Assembly: GCA_964569045.1 (NCBI GenBank)
Contig: CAZMSR010000001.1
Span: forward strand, 2,593-66,592
Length of the DNA: 64,000 nt
Reading direction: 5' to 3'
Origin: an uncultured Gammaproteobacteria bacterium
GTDB taxonomy: Bacteria > Patescibacteriota > Patescibacteriia > Patescibacteriales > BS150m-G62
Both the position numbers and the translations under genes were made by a program. Of this stretch, positions 9,768-18,483 are shown piece by piece; positions within the stretch are counted from its first letter, which is position 1, and each line of letters starts with the position of its first letter. The notes beneath the pieces were generated by a model, which worked only from the letters and a program-made list of their open reading frames with translations, was not told the DNA's origin and did not search any database.

Positions 9768-10496
9768 AACAGAATTTTTTGCAATGCATTCTACGTTTAT
9801 TTCTCCGATTTTATATTCTTTTTCTAAGTTTTTTTGATATTCCCAAGTACTTTTTGCTGTCATGGTCTTCCAATTTGTCGGACAAAAAGCAATGACTTCA
9901 ATAAAAGAAAATCCTTTGTTACTAAGTTGCCAATTAAGCGCTTTTTTTATTGTATCTTTTAAGTGAATCGGGTTGCTTGTTGTTGATCTGGCTATGTAGG
10001 CATCGTTGTTAATGCAGCGTACAGATTCCGGTCCTTTGTAGTAGTATTCATCGGCTCCCTTTGGTGTAGTAGCGGTTATTTGCCCGGGTAAGGTGGTGGG
10101 TGCTTCTTGCCCACCTGTCATGGCATAGGTTGTGTTATTAATTACTATTACTGTGATATTATCATCCCGAACCGCTGTGTTAACTAAATGTTGTGCTCCA
10201 ATCGCATATGCTCCACCATCGCCCAAGTAAGCAATTGATAGTGATTCCGGCTTTGCTCGTTTGTAGCCAACTATAGTTGGGATGGTTCTTCCATGATGAG
10301 TTTGTAAGCTATCAATATCAAAATAATTCCAAGCAAGCAATGAGCATCCAATATCAAGACCAAGTATAGTTTTATTTTGAGCTTTTAAGTCGTCTATTGC
10401 AAATCCGATATTTTTTAAAACAATCTGATGTCCGCAACCCGGGCAAAAAGTATTTGGTTTACTATTTAATTTTACACATTTAGGGAGTGGAGGCAT
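9738..10496 (-). CDS. 2-oxoacid:ferredoxin oxidoreductase beta subunit (TPP-binding)
   Basis: FCPGCGH and GDGGAYAIGAQHLVN motifs. The last ~10 codons (..NSVIPFPVNTSE) are encoded by the right inverted repeat of the 9611..9767 element. Confidence 0.85.
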   Translation of the reverse strand: MPPLPKCVKLNSKPNTFCPGCGHQIVLKNIGFAIDDLKAQNKTILGLDIGCSLLAWNYFDIDSLQTHHGRTIPTIVGYKRAKPESLSIAYLGDGGAYAIGAQHLVNTAVRDDNITVIVINNTTYAMTGGQEAPTTLPGQITATTPKGADEYYYKGPESVRCINNDAYIARSTTSNPIHLKDTIKKALNWQLSNKGFSFIEVIAFCPTNWKTMTAKSTWEYQKNLEKEYKIGEINVECIAKNSVIPFPVNTSE

Positions 10497-10591
10497 GTAT
10501 AGTATAAAATTTAATGCGTTATAATATCACTATAAGATTAAGGAGCCAGTTATTACTTTGAGACGTTCTTTAGATCTAACAGCCCATAATA

Positions 10592-12655
10592 TTATTTACT
10601 TAAATAACTATTTAAAGCTTTTCTTGTTTTTGGGCCGATAGAACCGATAGGACTTAAATTGTTGTTAGTTTGAAAATTCTTTACCGCTTTTACTGTAATC
10701 GGACCGTATACTGCTGTTGATTTTTGGGTTTGCGGAAAATAGCCCAAACATTTAAGTAATTTTTGTAGTCTTCTTACTTCATGGCCGATAGCTCCTGATT
10801 TTAGGCGTTTTGTGAACTTAGTTTTTGCGTTGCATGATTTATTCATTGCTGCTACGGTTGATGTTTTAATTGTATTGCTAACAGCTTTTTGTGCTTCGCG
10901 TGTTGCTCCTGAATATGCTATTGCTTTAACTATATCCCAATCGCGAGAGTTAGCCGGATTGTGATTATAAATATTTCTAAATGCATTTAGAGCACTAGAT
11001 TCAGCTTCTAAGTTTCTTTTAGGTGGACGTAATCCATAAGCAATCATTGTTACGGCAGCATTATCTTTAGGAATTTTTAAATCAGGATTTCTTAGGTATA
11101 TTTTTTTAAAATCATTTTTTGCTTTAGCTTCTAGTGTTAGAAGTCTTTTTGAAGGCCATATTCCATTTGCTATTCGCAAAACATCTTCCCACTCTCTTTG
11201 TGTTACCGGTACTTTTTTGTAATTGGATTTATATGTATGCACTAAACTTGCTCTTTCTCTGTCACCTAAAAAATTAGTGCTTCTAGTTCCGTATACTATA
11301 AAGTTATTAATAGAGTATATATTGTGGATTGTTAAATTTTTTTCATCACGAGTTAATGGTAGCGCATATTTATTAATGTTTCTTGTTTGGGCCTCAACAT
11401 CTTTGGTCGTATTATTGTGTTTAATAATTACATCAAGTTCATGTCCGCTTCTTATAATAACCTCAGCCGCTTCTTCAAGGATTTTTTTAAAGAAAGGTTT
11501 TTGATTTGATTCTATGCCGGTAACTAGAGGGTTAGGCACTGATTTTGTTTTAGTAACTTGAGAAATTTGAGTTGTTTGAGATAAAGGAGCTTCCGGTGTG
11601 GTTGTGCTAGGTACCGATATAGGTTTTATTTTTGTAGTATGTGGTGTTATTGGGGTGCTAGATGTTATATTGAATATTGCAAAAAGTGTTAAATGATCAA
11701 TGTTTACGGTTAAGTTATTTCCGGTAATTTGCCCACCATCTCCGGCTTGGATCCAAGTATTAGTTGATTCATTAAAATAATATAATTTTAAGTTTTCTTT
11801 GTTTTCTATATTGCTAATATCTAGAGTGATATCTAGCGGATTTGTAAAATTTGAGATTGTAGTTTCACCTGAATTAACATTAATATTTATTATGCTATTG
11901 TCGGCAAAAGTTGCACCAGAGGGAGTATTTTTAGTATACGCTTGCGTTGTAGGCTCTGAGTTAATATTAATAACTAATTCTTCGCTAGTTCCATGAGTAT
12001 CGGCAATGTTCTTTAATGTATTTTTGTTAATATTTACGCTAATATTTTTAATATTTGAATTTTTAATATTTGAAAGTTTGATAGATTGAGAGTCTGTTGG
12101 GTTATTAACTAAGTTGATTTTACTTTGAAATTTTGTTTTTGTGACTTTTCCTGCAGCGTCAGATGAAGTTAAAAGAGTGCTGTTTATTTTTGTCCCATCA
12201 TTTGATTGATAGGCTGTTTGGATTGCATTAGTTGGTTTGGCCTGAGTTTGATTGCTTATTTGTTGGATCATATGAATTGGCATTCCTCCACCGCAAATAC
12301 TTTTTGAAGGAAGTATTATATGACTGCCGGGTGAATTAATTTCAGCATATCCGACACTACTTTGAATGCTTATACATTTAACACCATTATTATACTTAAA
12401 GCTATTAATATCTTTATTTGATGAGTTAAGTTTAAATGAAGAACCTTGTTCAAGATTGATTCTTAGTTCGCCATTGTTCACTGTCCAACTACTAGCAGTT
12501 GATCCATTTTTAACAGTTACGTCTGTTACAACATTTTCTCCGTTTATATTTAATAGAGTAAAATCACCATTAGCTGTAAAAGCATTAAAAGCAGCTTTTG
12601 AAGAAGCTGGAGTAAGTAAAATTAACGCAGTGAATAATATTGTTTTTTTTATCAT
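10592..12655 (-). CDS. secreted protein with C-terminal peptidoglycan-binding domain (PG_binding_1-like) and a triple ~35-aa repeat module
   Basis: Signal peptide MIKKTILFTALILLTPASSKA. C-terminus GHEVRRLQKLLKCLGYF..VYGPITVKAVKNFQ..IGPKT. Residues ~390-586 are paralogous to the C-terminus of the 61756..63384 product. Confidence 0.7.
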   Translation of the reverse strand: MIKKTILFTALILLTPASSKAAFNAFTANGDFTLLNINGENVVTDVTVKNGSTASSWTVNNGELRINLEQGSSFKLNSSNKDINSFKYNNGVKCISIQSSVGYAEINSPGSHIILPSKSICGGGMPIHMIQQISNQTQAKPTNAIQTAYQSNDGTKINSTLLTSSDAAGKVTKTKFQSKINLVNNPTDSQSIKLSNIKNSNIKNISVNINKNTLKNIADTHGTSEELVININSEPTTQAYTKNTPSGATFADNSIININVNSGETTISNFTNPLDITLDISNIENKENLKLYYFNESTNTWIQAGDGGQITGNNLTVNIDHLTLFAIFNITSSTPITPHTTKIKPISVPSTTTPEAPLSQTTQISQVTKTKSVPNPLVTGIESNQKPFFKKILEEAAEVIIRSGHELDVIIKHNNTTKDVEAQTRNINKYALPLTRDEKNLTIHNIYSINNFIVYGTRSTNFLGDRERASLVHTYKSNYKKVPVTQREWEDVLRIANGIWPSKRLLTLEAKAKNDFKKIYLRNPDLKIPKDNAAVTMIAYGLRPPKRNLEAESSALNAFRNIYNHNPANSRDWDIVKAIAYSGATREAQKAVSNTIKTSTVAAMNKSCNAKTKFTKRLKSGAIGHEVRRLQKLLKCLGYFPQTQKSTAVYGPITVKAVKNFQTNNNLSPIGSIGPKTRKALNSYLSK

Positions 12656-12669
12656 ATGTTTAAAGTAAA

Positions 12670-13695
12670 TTATTTTAATTTTTTTAAAATTTCTTCAGGA
12701 TAAATCCCAACTCCGGCTTTTCCAATGTGAGTGATGGGTATATTAAATCCATATAGATTTTCTTTTACTAGTCTTAATAATTGATTTGTTGCCGACTCTA
12801 CTACTATTATTTTTTTAACTTGTTTTATTGTTTTTATTAGTTCTTTTTTTGGAAACGGTTGAAGTGTGATCGGTCTATATAGCGCTACCCTTTTTTTTGA
12901 TTTATTAATTGCAGCCTTGGCGGCGAGTCCTACAATTCCATGGGCTATTATTAAGTAATTCAAGTGTTTTGTTTTAGATTTAGAGTAGAATTCATATTCT
13001 TCAACTTTACTACTTGCACGTATAAAATCTTTCTTAAGTTCTTTGTTTAGTTTATAAATTTCCTCTTCATGTTCATAACAATTGCGATAGTTAATGTATT
13101 CATTTTTGTTACCAAATAATTCAGTTGTTTTAATTTTTAAAGAATTTTTTGTTGATAACTCAACTTCACTGCGTAATTTTGTAGTGTATCCGTCAGTTAA
13201 AACAAAAGTTGGGAATTTATATTTCCAAGCAGTGACAAAAGCTTTTTTTGTGAATTCATATAGCTCCTGCAATCCGGCCGGGGAATAGACTATTCTGTAG
13301 CCTTCTGAGTTTCCTCCGTATGCTGTTAGATTAACTTCTTGTTGAGAATAAACAACCGTGCCTGTTGAAGGTCCGCCACGTTGACCTATTACACATACTA
13401 TTGGTATGCGCATACTCTCTGCCATGGCTAATCCGTCTTGCATTAAGATATTTCCGGGACCGGCAGTTGCAGTAAAAGCAATTTTCCCTCCCATAATATT
13501 TCCAATGGTAGTAAACCCTGCTGATATTTCGTCTTCTGTTTGAAGAAAGTCAAGATTTTGGTTTTTTTCTTTTTCTTTTAACCAAAATTGCATTATTTCA
13601 GAAGCAGGAGTTATTGGGTAAGCAAAAAATCCGGTAGCCCCTACTTCGGCTGCGGCACGAGCTATAATTTCAGAACCCATCATAAATTGCTTCAT
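12670..13695 (-). CDS. 2-oxoacid:ferredoxin oxidoreductase alpha subunit
   Basis: FAYPITPASEI and TATAGPGNILMQDGLAMAE motifs collinear with PorA/KorA. First gene of the minus-strand operon. Confidence 0.85.
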   Translation of the reverse strand: MKQFMMGSEIIARAAAEVGATGFFAYPITPASEIMQFWLKEKEKNQNLDFLQTEDEISAGFTTIGNIMGGKIAFTATAGPGNILMQDGLAMAESMRIPIVCVIGQRGGPSTGTVVYSQQEVNLTAYGGNSEGYRIVYSPAGLQELYEFTKKAFVTAWKYKFPTFVLTDGYTTKLRSEVELSTKNSLKIKTTELFGNKNEYINYRNCYEHEEEIYKLNKELKKDFIRASSKVEEYEFYSKSKTKHLNYLIIAHGIVGLAAKAAINKSKKRVALYRPITLQPFPKKELIKTIKQVKKIIVVESATNQLLRLVKENLYGFNIPITHIGKAGVGIYPEEILKKLK

Positions 13696-13765
13696 AAATT
13701 AATTATATCACAAATTATTTAATTTAATTGTTGATAAATATTTATTAGTATACAGATTAATTTAA

Positions 13766-13824
13766 AAATGCATTATATTTTGTGTGAGTAGCAATTGAGT
13801 GTAGTGCCGTATTGGCGGCAAAAG
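13766..13824 (+). repeat. dispersed intergenic repeat family B, rearranged fragment
   Basis: AAATGCATTATATTTTGTGTGAGTAGC followed by GAGTGTAGTGCCGTATTGGCGGCAA. Both pieces match parts of the 61550..61742 element. Confidence 0.45.
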
Positions 13825-13931
13825 TTTAAATATGGGATACTAAAAGTAGCCACTTAATTGCGCAAACAAGTAAATGTTTGCACAAGTTCAAGTTATGGTT
13901 ACTAGAATTTAAAAAAAATATATAAAAAAAT

Positions 13932-15866
13932 ATGTCTAAAATAAAATCTGTAATATCTGATAATAAAGTATATAAGCCATTAAAAAAGTTTAGTGCTAAG
14001 GCGCATATTAAAAGCATAGAAGAATACAGAGCGCTCTATAGTCAAAGCATAAAAAAGCCGGAAATATTTTGGGCACGAGAAGCTGAGAATTTAGAATGGT
14101 TTAAAAAATGGGATAAGGTGCTTGAGTGGAAAACGCCATTTGCTAAATGGTTTTTAGGCGCTAAAATCAACTGTTCGTATAATTGTCTTGATAGGCATTT
14201 AAAAGATTATGGCAACAATGACGCAATAATTTGGGATGGAGAAAATGGAGATAGTAGAAAATTAACTTATAAAGAGTTACACAAAGAAGTATGTAAATTC
14301 GCAAATGTTTTAAAAAATTTTAAAGTTAAAAAAGGAGATAGGGTAGTAATCTACATGCCCATGATTCCGGAAGTGGTTGTTGTTATGCTTGCTTGTACTC
14401 GCATAGGAGCAATTCATTCGGTAGTGTTTGGCGGATATTCTAGCGAAGCTTTAAAAGTTCGAGTTAAAGATGCACGTGCAAAAATAGTGGTAAGTGTTGA
14501 TGGCGGTTTTAGAAAGGGAAGTTTTACGCGTATGAAAGAAAGTGTGGATATGGCACTTAGTGATATAAAATTTGTAAAAAATGTGATAATAGTAAAGCGA
14601 AATGGAATAAAAGTTAAAATGAAAAAAGGCCGTGATTTTTGGTATCATGCTGTAATGAAAAAGTCTAGTATTGATTGCGTTCCGGCTAAGATGGGGGCTG
14701 AGGATCCTTTGTTTATTTTATATACAAGCGGTACAACCGGTAAACCAAAAGGAGTTGTGCATACACATGGTGGATATTTAACCCAAGTTGCTATGAGCGC
14801 TAAATATATTTTTGATTTGCATGTAGGTGATAAGTTTTGGTGCACTGCTGACGTTGGTTGGATTACCGGTCATTCTTATGTTGTTTATGGACCGTTACTA
14901 AATGGAGTGACAACAATTATGGCAGAAGGCTTGCCAACTTATCCTAAGCCGGATAGACCTTGGAGATTAATTGAAAAACATGAAATTTCGCAATTCTATA
15001 CGGCTCCCACTGCAATTAGAATGTTAATGAAATTAGGTCGCGAGTGGCCAAGTAAATATAAAATGAAAAGCTTAAAAGTTATTGGTAGTGTTGGCGAGCC
15101 AATTAATCCTGAGGCTTGGAAATGGTATTACAATAATATTGGAAAAAGGCGTTGTCCCATTGTAGATACTTGGTGGCAAACTGAAACAGGTTCTATTTTA
15201 GTTACTCCGTTACCGGGTGCTACAACTTTAAAGCCCGGTTCAGCTACTTTGCCTTTTTTTGGCATTGATGCTGATGTTGTAAATTTAAAAGGAAGAAAAG
15301 CTCGGGTAGGGGAATCAGGTTATTTAGTTATTAAAAAACCATGGCCATCAATGTTGAGAACTGTTTATAAAAATGATGCTAGGTATAAAAAGACATATTG
15401 GGGTGAAATTAAAAACGTTTATTTTGCAGGTGATGGAGCACGCAGAGATAAAGATGGGTATATTTGGATTATGGGACGAACCGATGACATTATAAAAGTA
15501 GCCGGACATAGGTTGGGAACAATGGAAATAGAAAGTGCATTAGTGTCGCATAAGGCAGTAGCGGAAGCAGCGGTAGTAAGTAAACCGAGCGAAATAAAAG
15601 GAGAGGAAATTGTAGCTTTTGTTAGTCTAAACAACAATCATAGTGAGTCAGAAAAATTAATTAATGAGTTGCGTGCTCAAGTCGCAAAAGAAATTGGACC
15701 AATAGCTAAACCTGCTGAAATAATTATTGTCGATAATTTGCCAAAAACCAGAAGTGGTAAAATTATTAGGAGAATTTTGAAAAATATTGCTAGAGGAGAA
15801 GAAGTAAAAGGTGATATTTCAACAATGGCTGATATTAGTGTGTTGGAAAAATTAAGAAAAAATTAG
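13932..15866 (+). CDS. acs: acetyl-CoA synthetase (AMP-forming)
   Basis: 644 aa. YTSGTTGKPKGV AMP-binding motif, WWQTETG, and C-terminal PKTRSGKIIRR. Full-length collinearity with Acs. Confidence 0.92.
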   Translation: MSKIKSVISDNKVYKPLKKFSAKAHIKSIEEYRALYSQSIKKPEIFWAREAENLEWFKKWDKVLEWKTPFAKWFLGAKINCSYNCLDRHLKDYGNNDAIIWDGENGDSRKLTYKELHKEVCKFANVLKNFKVKKGDRVVIYMPMIPEVVVVMLACTRIGAIHSVVFGGYSSEALKVRVKDARAKIVVSVDGGFRKGSFTRMKESVDMALSDIKFVKNVIIVKRNGIKVKMKKGRDFWYHAVMKKSSIDCVPAKMGAEDPLFILYTSGTTGKPKGVVHTHGGYLTQVAMSAKYIFDLHVGDKFWCTADVGWITGHSYVVYGPLLNGVTTIMAEGLPTYPKPDRPWRLIEKHEISQFYTAPTAIRMLMKLGREWPSKYKMKSLKVIGSVGEPINPEAWKWYYNNIGKRRCPIVDTWWQTETGSILVTPLPGATTLKPGSATLPFFGIDADVVNLKGRKARVGESGYLVIKKPWPSMLRTVYKNDARYKKTYWGEIKNVYFAGDGARRDKDGYIWIMGRTDDIIKVAGHRLGTMEIESALVSHKAVAEAAVVSKPSEIKGEEIVAFVSLNNNHSESEKLINELRAQVAKEIGPIAKPAEIIIVDNLPKTRSGKIIRRILKNIARGEEVKGDISTMADISVLEKLRKN

Positions 15867-15982
15867 ATTATGAAATGTGATTGTTATGAATTTAGCATAT
15901 CTACTTATGCACATTATAAAAGCTAAAAAAATGTTATAATATATATTGTTAATATATTTAAATAATTTTTAATTATTTTATT

Positions 15983-16162
15983 ATGTCTAAAGGTATGAGG
16001 TATATTGCCGGTGTCCTTATTGGTATGGGCATTGGAGAGCTTTATGGATTATTTATTTTAGGACCTATGATGGAAAGCTTGGAGGCATCTCTTGCGATTG
16101 GCCTAGCAATTGGAATTGGTTTAGGAAATGGCCTTGGTATTTATATGAAAGAAAGTAATTAA
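15983..16162 (+). CDS. small glycine-zipper membrane protein (59 aa, below ORF-track cutoff)
   Basis: ATG..TAA ORF MSKGMRYIAGVLIGMGIGELYGLFILGPMMESLEASLAIGLAIGIGLGNGLGIYMKESN. Two hydrophobic GxxxG-rich helices. Sits in an otherwise empty 348-bp gap. Confidence 0.35.
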   Translation: MSKGMRYIAGVLIGMGIGELYGLFILGPMMESLEASLAIGLAIGIGLGNGLGIYMKESN

Positions 16163-16214
16163 GTTTTTTTAAATAAAAAAATCGTACTAATATTAGCACG
16201 AATTTAAATGAACA

Positions 16215-18296
16215 TTATTTATTGAGTAACCAGTCTTGATTTTTTAGTTTTTCTTCTACTATGGCTGCTGTTAATGGCTTTGAAAAATAATAACCTTGAA
16301 TTTCATTACAGTTGATTTTAAATAACCATTCTTTTATTATTTTTTTTTCTACGCCTTCTGCGACTGTTTTTAATCCTAAGGAACGACACATTGTTAAAAG
16401 CGCAACAACTAAAGCATAATTAGCTTTGTCGCTGGCTATGTCGTCTGGTAATTCGCGAATAAACGTCTGATCAATTTTAACACAATCCAGCACTTTTTCC
16501 CGCCACCAGTCTCTAATTCGCTGCAAGTTTGAATCATGTGTGCCAACATCATCAATTGAGATTGCAACACCTAGTCTTTTAATTTTTTTAAGTATTTGCA
16601 TTACTTCTTTATTATTCCAGTTTTGGTTTGATGATTCTGTAATTTCTATTTCCAGGTGTTTAGGTGCAATGCCGGCGTTTTTTAAGGCACTACTTATGTT
16701 CGTAATAATTTTTTTATTTTCTAACTGCCTTGGTGAAACATTCACTGCTATTCTGAATTTAGTAATATCTTTGTTAATCCAAGCTTTGGCTTGTGAGCAT
16801 GCTTCATGTAAGACCCATGCTCCAAGTGTGTGTATTAATCTTGATTCTTCTGCAATAGGTATGAATTCAGCCGGAGAAACAAAGCCCCATTTTGGCTCAA
16901 GCTCTCGTTCTTCCCATCTTAGTAAGGCCTCAAGTCCTGCGATGCGATAACAACCATTTTCTTTGCTAATTTTTGGTTGATAATAAAGTGAGAGCTGTTT
17001 TTTTTGTATAGCCTCCATTAATTTATTTCTGATTAAATTTTTTCGAGTAGCTTTGTCTTGTATTTGTTCATTGTAAAGCTTATAAACACCTCTTCCGTTT
17101 TCCTTTGCCTGATACATAGCAGCATCAGCTAGTCTTAATAAGTCTTCGCGATCTTTTGCGTCGTCAGGACAAATCGCGACTCCAATTGATGCGCTAAGTC
17201 CGCAAATTTCAATGTTATTAAATGTAAAAGGTTTTTTAAGTGCTTTAATCACCTTGTCTGCTACAATTCCGCTATCAACAGAGTTATTTACGGTGGCAGT
17301 GAGTGTAAATTCATCACCTCCAAGTCTGCAAAGTTTGTCATTTTCTCTTAAAACAGAGCTAATTCTTTTAGCTACTTCAATAAGAAATTTGTCACCAAAA
17401 GTGTGACCGTGAATATCGTTAATGTTCTTAAAGTAATCTAAATCAATAAAGAGTAAGCAAAGTTTTTTTTTATAGCGATTTGATTCTGCTATACTTATTT
17501 GTGTTAAGTCAAGAAAAGATCTTCTGTTGGGTAGTTTTGTTAGTGGATCAAATTGTGCGAGCTCTTGCCATTTTTTTGTTGCTTTTTCAATTATTTCGCC
17601 TTGAGTTTTTGCATGGCTAATTAGTTTGTTTTTTAGATTTTTTAGCTTGTACTTTAAATATCTTTCACGAGCAAAGAAGATGAACAATAAGATAATGATT
17701 GTTATTTGAGTATTCTTGCTTGTGTGTGCGCTTAACCTGTCAAGGTCGATTAATAGATTTCTTAAAACTTTGTTAAGATCGTTATTAAATCCACTAGAGA
17801 AAAAAGCTTTATATGTTATTAAGTCATTAATGTTCCTGGAAAAAGTTGAGCAAGCATGTGCCGGTGTGTGTTTTACAAATTTATCAATTAATCGTTTGTA
17901 AGGCTGTGAAATAGTTTCATGAGTTTGGTTGCTTATTAAGGTCTGATATCTGTCTAGTATTGTTAGTAGATATGGAATTTGTTTATTGTATAGTAATTTT
18001 AATACAATGTTTTTATTGCATTCTTCGATAATTGTGAACTCAGATGTTGATATTATATCTGAAGCTATTAAAAAGGCTGCTTCAACAGCCTCTTCTTTGC
18101 TGTTATGATCTAAATGACTTTTATTGAGAAAGGATTCTAGGTAGTATGACACATTTGACAATTTGGATTGTTCTTTTCCAATGGTTGCTGTAATTCTTCT
18201 TGTGATTTCAAGGTTATAAAAGAAATACAAGAAATTCAAGATAATTAAGAGCATAAGAAGTGTTGGAAACGAATTCTTTGTTATTTTTTTAAACAT
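16215..18296 (-). CDS. membrane-anchored GGDEF-EAL c-di-GMP signalling protein
   Basis: N-terminal TM helices. RLGGDEF motif. EAL-domain motifs LEALLRW, EIEITES and KIDQTF. The DDFGTG position is degenerate (DDVGTH). Confidence 0.88.
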   Translation of the reverse strand: MFKKITKNSFPTLLMLLIILNFLYFFYNLEITRRITATIGKEQSKLSNVSYYLESFLNKSHLDHNSKEEAVEAAFLIASDIISTSEFTIIEECNKNIVLKLLYNKQIPYLLTILDRYQTLISNQTHETISQPYKRLIDKFVKHTPAHACSTFSRNINDLITYKAFFSSGFNNDLNKVLRNLLIDLDRLSAHTSKNTQITIIILLFIFFARERYLKYKLKNLKNKLISHAKTQGEIIEKATKKWQELAQFDPLTKLPNRRSFLDLTQISIAESNRYKKKLCLLFIDLDYFKNINDIHGHTFGDKFLIEVAKRISSVLRENDKLCRLGGDEFTLTATVNNSVDSGIVADKVIKALKKPFTFNNIEICGLSASIGVAICPDDAKDREDLLRLADAAMYQAKENGRGVYKLYNEQIQDKATRKNLIRNKLMEAIQKKQLSLYYQPKISKENGCYRIAGLEALLRWEERELEPKWGFVSPAEFIPIAEESRLIHTLGAWVLHEACSQAKAWINKDITKFRIAVNVSPRQLENKKIITNISSALKNAGIAPKHLEIEITESSNQNWNNKEVMQILKKIKRLGVAISIDDVGTHDSNLQRIRDWWREKVLDCVKIDQTFIRELPDDIASDKANYALVVALLTMCRSLGLKTVAEGVEKKIIKEWLFKINCNEIQGYYFSKPLTAAIVEEKLKNQDWLLNK

Positions 18297-18483
18297 GCCT
18301 AATTCCTCAAGAAATTGATTGTAAAGAGCATTGTATGAGCTTAAAGCATATTTCTATAAAGTTCAATATTATGCGTTAGATCATCTTATTTTGAGCCTCT
18401 TAAATGAATTAATTAAAAAATTAGTTAGTTTAATGCTTATTAAGTATTTTAATAAATAGTATAAAATGTGGTAAGATATAATA

